Positions 59,901-64,000 of a DNA stretch of 64,000 nt are shown here, in pieces. The first letter of the stretch is position 1, and each line of letters begins with the position of its first letter. Below the pieces are notes generated by a model. That model did no database searches, had not been told where the DNA came from, and worked only from the letters and a program-made list of their open reading frames with translations. Both the position numbers and the translations under genes were made by a program. This DNA is from Marsupella aquatica (taxonomy: Eukaryota > Plantae > Marchantiophyta): the NCBI GenBank assembly GCA_973895155.1, contig OZ316894.1, forward strand, positions 7,402,234 to 7,466,233. Reading direction: 5' to 3'.

Positions 59901-61580
59901 AACCAGATGGAGTCTGTCATCATTGCAGAGCTCGACAAGGAGCTAAGAGCAACCCAGGAGGAGAGGGCTACCTTGAAGAAGGAATTGGAGGAAGCCCACA
60001 GGGAGCAGGAGGAGGCCAAAAATGAGCTGGAGGGGGCACGTAAGGACCTGGATGAAACCCAAGAGGAGTTGGAGGAAATCACGAGGAAGATGGAGAACCT
60101 ACAGCGGCGGGCCGACAACCAAACAGAGCGGCTGAAGAAACAAGCCGCAGTATTTAAATGCTTAGCTGCAGCAGGTCCATCTCCCGTTGGGACAAACCAG
60201 TTACCAGGGGTGGTAATTGCCGAAGGACAAGCCGCGCCACCTGCACCAGTGCCGGAAGTAAGTGGGAAGGGGAAGGGACCAGCTGCCGAGCCACCAACGA
60301 AGAAGAAGCGGAAACCTTCAGGGTCAAGGAGTAATACGACTTCACAGGCCGTGGTGATCAAGGAGGTAGACCCAGCACCGACCCCAGACAGGGTCACGGC
60401 TAAGGATCCAACTACCCTAGGGGAAGGGGAGGCCGAAGCCGAGGGAGTGGCTGAAGCCGAAGCCGTGGGAGTGGCTGAGGCCGAAGCCGTGGGTATTGCC
60501 GAGGCCGGTGTCGAGGCTGAAGCCGAAGGTGGACCCAGTCAGGCCGATGGAGAGTTGACTCGGTCAAGGGCAGGTAATCTGTCAGTAGGCGGGCCAACGG
60601 CAGTGGCTGAGGAGGAAGTGTTGGGGGCGTCCATTGAGGATCCACCACCGGTGTCGTGACGGTGCAAGGGCGCCGTTCCTTTTAGGGAGGGCGGACGTGG
60701 AGGGAGGAGGCGTGAGTGGGCAGGGCGGGCGCGGATCTCCACGTTTAGGATTAGGATCAGAACCAGGAGCGGCCCTGACACTTAGCTTAGTGGGATTGCG
60801 GTCCCACTGGTAGGAGCAACACTTGTGCTCCTGCCTTGCTGTACATAGGTAGATTCGGGCAAGTAGATTACTGTTAAGTAGATTAGGCTTACGATGCAAA
60901 GAATGGCGGATCCACTACCAGGATAAGTACCTGGGCAGCGGGGAGCTCAGGGCCTCTTCTTTAGCAAGTTTTTAGTTTGCACCAGCCGGGCTGGGATCAA
61001 GTAGTACGAGAAGCTCTCGGTTAGTCATACAGTGACCCTTGTGTATATTCATGTTTCCTCATGCCTAAGAGCTGAATAGAGTTGGCCTCACGGCTTAGTT
61101 CGCAGAACTTGTGTATGAGATGTACTGTTTGTATGGCAAGTGCATGGTATGACTCAGTCAGAATGAGTCATTTTGCTATTTGTGTGTCGCATTAACTTGT
61201 GTGAAGAGTGCCCACATCAACAGAAGGAAGGAAAGTAAGCAGGGGAGTGAGAGTTGGATGTGTCGAGCTGAGAGAGGTCTTAGCGGCTTAACCAAGCCTA
61301 TTGGGGATCATTTCGGCGGCGGAATCCAAACATACCTAACAAGACGGAGGGGAAGACAGGGGAAGACAGGGGAAGGCCTATATTAGGCCGGCTACGTATC
61401 TCATGACCCGATGAAGGATCTGTCCAGTATATGTGTGTAAAATGTTAATAGTAGTAGTAGAAGGTTAGCAGCGTCCCATGCCGCTAAGCTGCGGAAACGG
61501 CCTCGCCAAGCACGAAACCTGCGGGAATCGGCTTGAGCTGGGGGGTTTCTTGGGTTTAGGGAGCCATGGGACGCACCACA
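56921..61580 (+). mobile_element. Family A solo-LTR-like element, copy 3 (intact, 4660 bp)
   Basis: TGTGATACC...GCACCACA, TSD GCCTC (56916-56920 and 61581-61585); no PBS, PPT or internal direct repeats. Confidence 0.95.
57036..60659 (+). CDS. 1207-aa family A protein: plant-retroelement accessory-ORF-like domain plus long coiled coil
   Basis: Uninterrupted ORF conserved in copy 2; GLEAFV...LLEFVGSW...IYGKDFYLTPKVIAEVFGLP resembles accessory ORFs of plant Gypsy elements; E/K/Q-rich heptads; KKKRK; no gag, RT or integrase motifs seen. Confidence 0.85.
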   Translation: MEPGQRPEVRLRVKTRLGLGRVKRRRLGRINGKKDRQRRGVRSACRRWWLICEHELGRRLREANYCQLLRQALGERVDTDHRPKEGMSNVNQAAHFWGCLFERATEYIKTYEDEESERAARERQELARLWELQKTAFLGGELIKDEFLWTPTSNQLDDLLFCKDSVVGIREAIKNCNDIHWELKGSTERWTRATVLGETSTAAEMKRKGAVNDEATPAKRTRSVAPKKPAEQQSRRQGEAEEEEVDPIKAIPTRDDTWKGWAATLPVEVQLHFAREEDACFTAMQTKKYQGFMTGSGLEAFVRLPWLKPEVPESDLLEFVGSWEPETNCTRIYGKDFYLTPKVIAEVFGLPIGNKTKVDTRKTLPDKEFRSFPGPSTKNGFFRNTCTNPHIGEMIDFLRVTMHCNLPRAEIGKAQVYLAERPDPSRDYNGYLLNQLKKILKEEQQVIGMGSMSRLGYHMPLLCRYARSQTFAPVLPLQVRAPEEAPTPRPLAEKPQPPVSPTIEQVFRPRKEDLPMQQPGMQSLLKLLEKEKKSASATTTATATMQDTTTEVGLHRLTRENPFAGDKERIRPESKPGVRMYVGTSSSESEAELPEAPTDEEEREKPDVQEVEEAVEDCSHDNSGYGSDHHVPGVRTCGRFVPTLPRVVRGDPNQQSSPESPPPDVAPPSFDGIKQTVQEFQERIKQEEEAALAKEKDLPGGDWPEDIRRLAEKGSKPLATIEEIRRTAWEQRPRWAMPITSTYSTYAKNRAMEYGEMCGELALGIFGEELEVGPFFHREQLEKHQLEEAVALERSKKDEVIRRLRRMEAEIEDLRAAKKAQDELRIKRHELNIMQGQLDTAQADNQNIKDKLTQTQEELADTIKEREKWKQELKNTEEAHITANSRAMAETQRKEWALKGELEKIRGALEQKEVELGKSYQGIMALQQELASLTASFKADLREKDEMLEQTYAKMNQMESVIIAELDKELRATQEERATLKKELEEAHREQEEAKNELEGARKDLDETQEELEEITRKMENLQRRADNQTERLKKQAAVFKCLAAAGPSPVGTNQLPGVVIAEGQAAPPAPVPEVSGKGKGPAAEPPTKKKRKPSGSRSNTTSQAVVIKEVDPAPTPDRVTAKDPTTLGEGEAEAEGVAEAEAVGVAEAEAVGIAEAGVEAEAEGGPSQADGELTRSRAGNLSVGGPTAVAEEEVLGASIEDPPPVS

Positions 61581-61585
61581 GCCTC

Positions 61586-63962
61586 CTACCTTGCTGAAGA
61601 AAATCTCACAACAATCCGAACCTAGCAAGTGGAAGGGAAGCTAGATGTGGGAACTTATCTCGAAAGGCACAAATTAACAGCACAATGAAATGACATGACA
61701 TGTTAACATCATGAAAAGCCTGAATAGACATCATGTCTTTCTCAGTGTGTGCTGCAAAGTTCCCACCCACTGAATGGTCACCAAACCTCAACCACAATCT
61801 CCACAAACGTAGAAAGAATGAAACCTTGGATGCTAACACAATACGGGACCTCAAATCATGAACTGGAGAAAAGAAAATATCTAAGTAATCTGCACAAATC
61901 TCCAAGTACAACTGAGTTCCTAAACTTCGTTCATGTCGTACATCTCTCCTCTCATACATATCTTTCAGACATTGCTGCACTCTTCTTGCTGCTATTCGTT
62001 GTGGACCTGCCCAATTCTGCCGGTCAGTCCTATTCACATCATCCCAAGCCATGCCATGTTCATGAATTGGATAATGATTGTAGACATTAGCTACATAAGA
62101 TAAAGATGCATGTTGATCTCCTAGCACCAGTAAAGAAGACACTCTATCTAAGAGGTTTAACATCTTTTTCCCATTATGAGGTTGGTCTTGGTCACCAAAG
62201 CCATACAAATCTCCATTTGGTAGAATTGAAACAGAGTATGTCCACCCTTCCCACCCAACTCCGTACCTTGGGTATGATCCATTCTGCCCTCTGTGATCTT
62301 CCAGCATCAACTTTTGGCGACGTGCATCACCATCACTAGCATGTCCAAGCAAAGGGCCTACCATAGCTCTACAGTATTCATCCCAAAAAGCCTTTAACTG
62401 GACCCAATGCTCTCATACCCAAGAAGCTGTGAACTTATTACAAGTTGGAAGTGCACACACAGCCAATTTAGGTAAGGACTCATGCAGAGGATTCACAATC
62501 ACAACTCGGGCATACATGCTCTTGGGGCATTGTTCAAATGTACTTACAATTTTATCATACCCCTCATCACCTTCACCAACTAGAATTTCCAAACCATAGG
62601 AGCATACATGCTGCTCTGAAGGTCCACAGAAACCAATGAGAGTATCATACTTTGCCTCCCACCTGAAACACAGACATGCAATTTTTCAATATCACAGCAA
62701 TTCCAGCCAAGTGCTACTTGTAAAGTCATTAAAAAAACAATTGGAAAAATGTCCAGTTCCAATTACCTAGGGCGTTCTTTGATCCTTGTTTCATCCTCAG
62801 CAAAGATAACAGGCACATCCCCCGCAATGCCCAATGAGTGCTTTGCAGCAGACAACACTCTAGCAATCTCCTGAAAGGTTTCCTTCCGTAACCCGGTTCA
62901 AAAAGGTGTGAGTTTTGCTCTATCACGTTTTAGGGTCACAAGGCTAGGGGCTGTCAAGTTTCATGCAAAACAATGAGCAACTTGACGGCCCCCAAATTGG
63001 AACATAGCCTGAGCAATAGCTCGAGTCCTATTACTGTAACGATTACTTTTTGGCTTCCTGCCTAAATTGCGAGCTACATCCTTCAAGAAATCCCACAAAC
63101 CCTCCTTACCACCAAATGCACCATTCCTGTGTCCATTCAAAATACTCCTAAGAAACAATCTCAAATCCTTCCTGTCTGCTGCAACTCCTAACAACTCCTC
63201 TAGTTTGCGTTTCTTGGTGCTCAAGGCACATACTTTCTGAGCCTGCAAAGCTAACAACCAACGCTCTTTTTGTCGCACAAAGTTCAGCTTGTGCACTTGA
63301 TCTCTTAACTCTGTGTTGGTCAAATAATCCAAACGTATACCACTAGCAGTGGTTCGGCTCGATCCCTCTGTGGACTACTGCTTTCGCTTCCTTGTGCACC
63401 CGTCCACGAAAATCATCTTCTAGTGTTATAGAATCACATTCACTACAAGTTAGATTTTCAAATCCTCCTCCATTCTGTGATAACCTCAAGCAATCCTTGT
63501 GTCTGAAACAGCCTGCTATACTCACAACACTCTCTCTACTTGGATGGAAAACATCCAAGCAACAACTTGGCTCACAATGCCATGTAATTCCCCCAGACTG
63601 ATCATCCAAAATGCCAGAAATATCATAAGATATACCCTTCCATAACAGTCGAGGCACACCTCTCTCTACCCATAATCCCCAGCAAAGCAAACTCAGACCA
63701 AGATCAACACACGTGAACCTGAACCTGAACTGCTGCCTGTCCGGGACCCATCATCTTTAAAGAACTTCAAAATCCCGCTCTGACCAGGATGTAGGTCCCT
63801 AGAATCAGTCCTCTTTGGCCTGCCCCTCTTCCCAGACCTCAAGGCAAGCATTTTTGTGTCATGCCTAGTCTCCAATGCATCCAAGTGATCTCGACTCACT
63901 AAGTGTGTCCTCAAATTGGGCTCCAAGGTAAGCTTCTTGGGGCACAAGTCAGTGTGAAGCAT
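61586..63962 (-). pseudogene. P-element-like DDE transposase, N-terminal and catalytic part (frameshifted; may extend past window)
   Basis: GHASDGDARR, DQDQPHNGKKMLN (DxxH), DVNRTDRQN, GSDCCEIFFS resemble P-superfamily SDGD / QDxxHxxxKxxN / DRQN / SxxCExxF motifs. Confidence 0.6.
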
Positions 63963-64000
63963 TCCACAGACAGTACAGCGAACCTTAAACAGGAAAGACC

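Overview
Eukaryotic, intron-containing and almost entirely transposon-derived DNA; a non-seed land plant such as a liverwort is my inference from the gene content, not something the sequence proves. The only host-type gene is an intronless CYP85-clan P450 with one frameshift. The rest is nested mobile elements: (i) a large Sola-like DNA transposon (~2.1-10.5 kb) and (ii) an unrelated Mutator-type GCM/SWIM transposon (~19.7-29.9 kb); (iii) a complete CACTA element (40040-49928, TSD ATT) with a SET-domain exon inside its transposase intron; (iv) four copies of a 4.66-kb TG...CA, 5-bp-TSD solo-LTR-like element carrying one 1207-aa ORF; (v) a second solo LTR, a degenerate LINE, a P-element-like transposase, and several MITEs. 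Main candidate for an undescribed system: elements (i) and (ii) each carry a spliced ParB-like/DNA amino-methyltransferase (N6A/N4C) fusion gene. Each element also has its own 16-bp palindrome (SCGATAAATTTATCGS vs YTAGCGANNTCGCTAG) dispersed only in introns and intergenic spacers, resembling a ParB-parS loading system coupled to a DNA-modifying enzyme. All domain calls are from motif recognition by eye; no searches were run.
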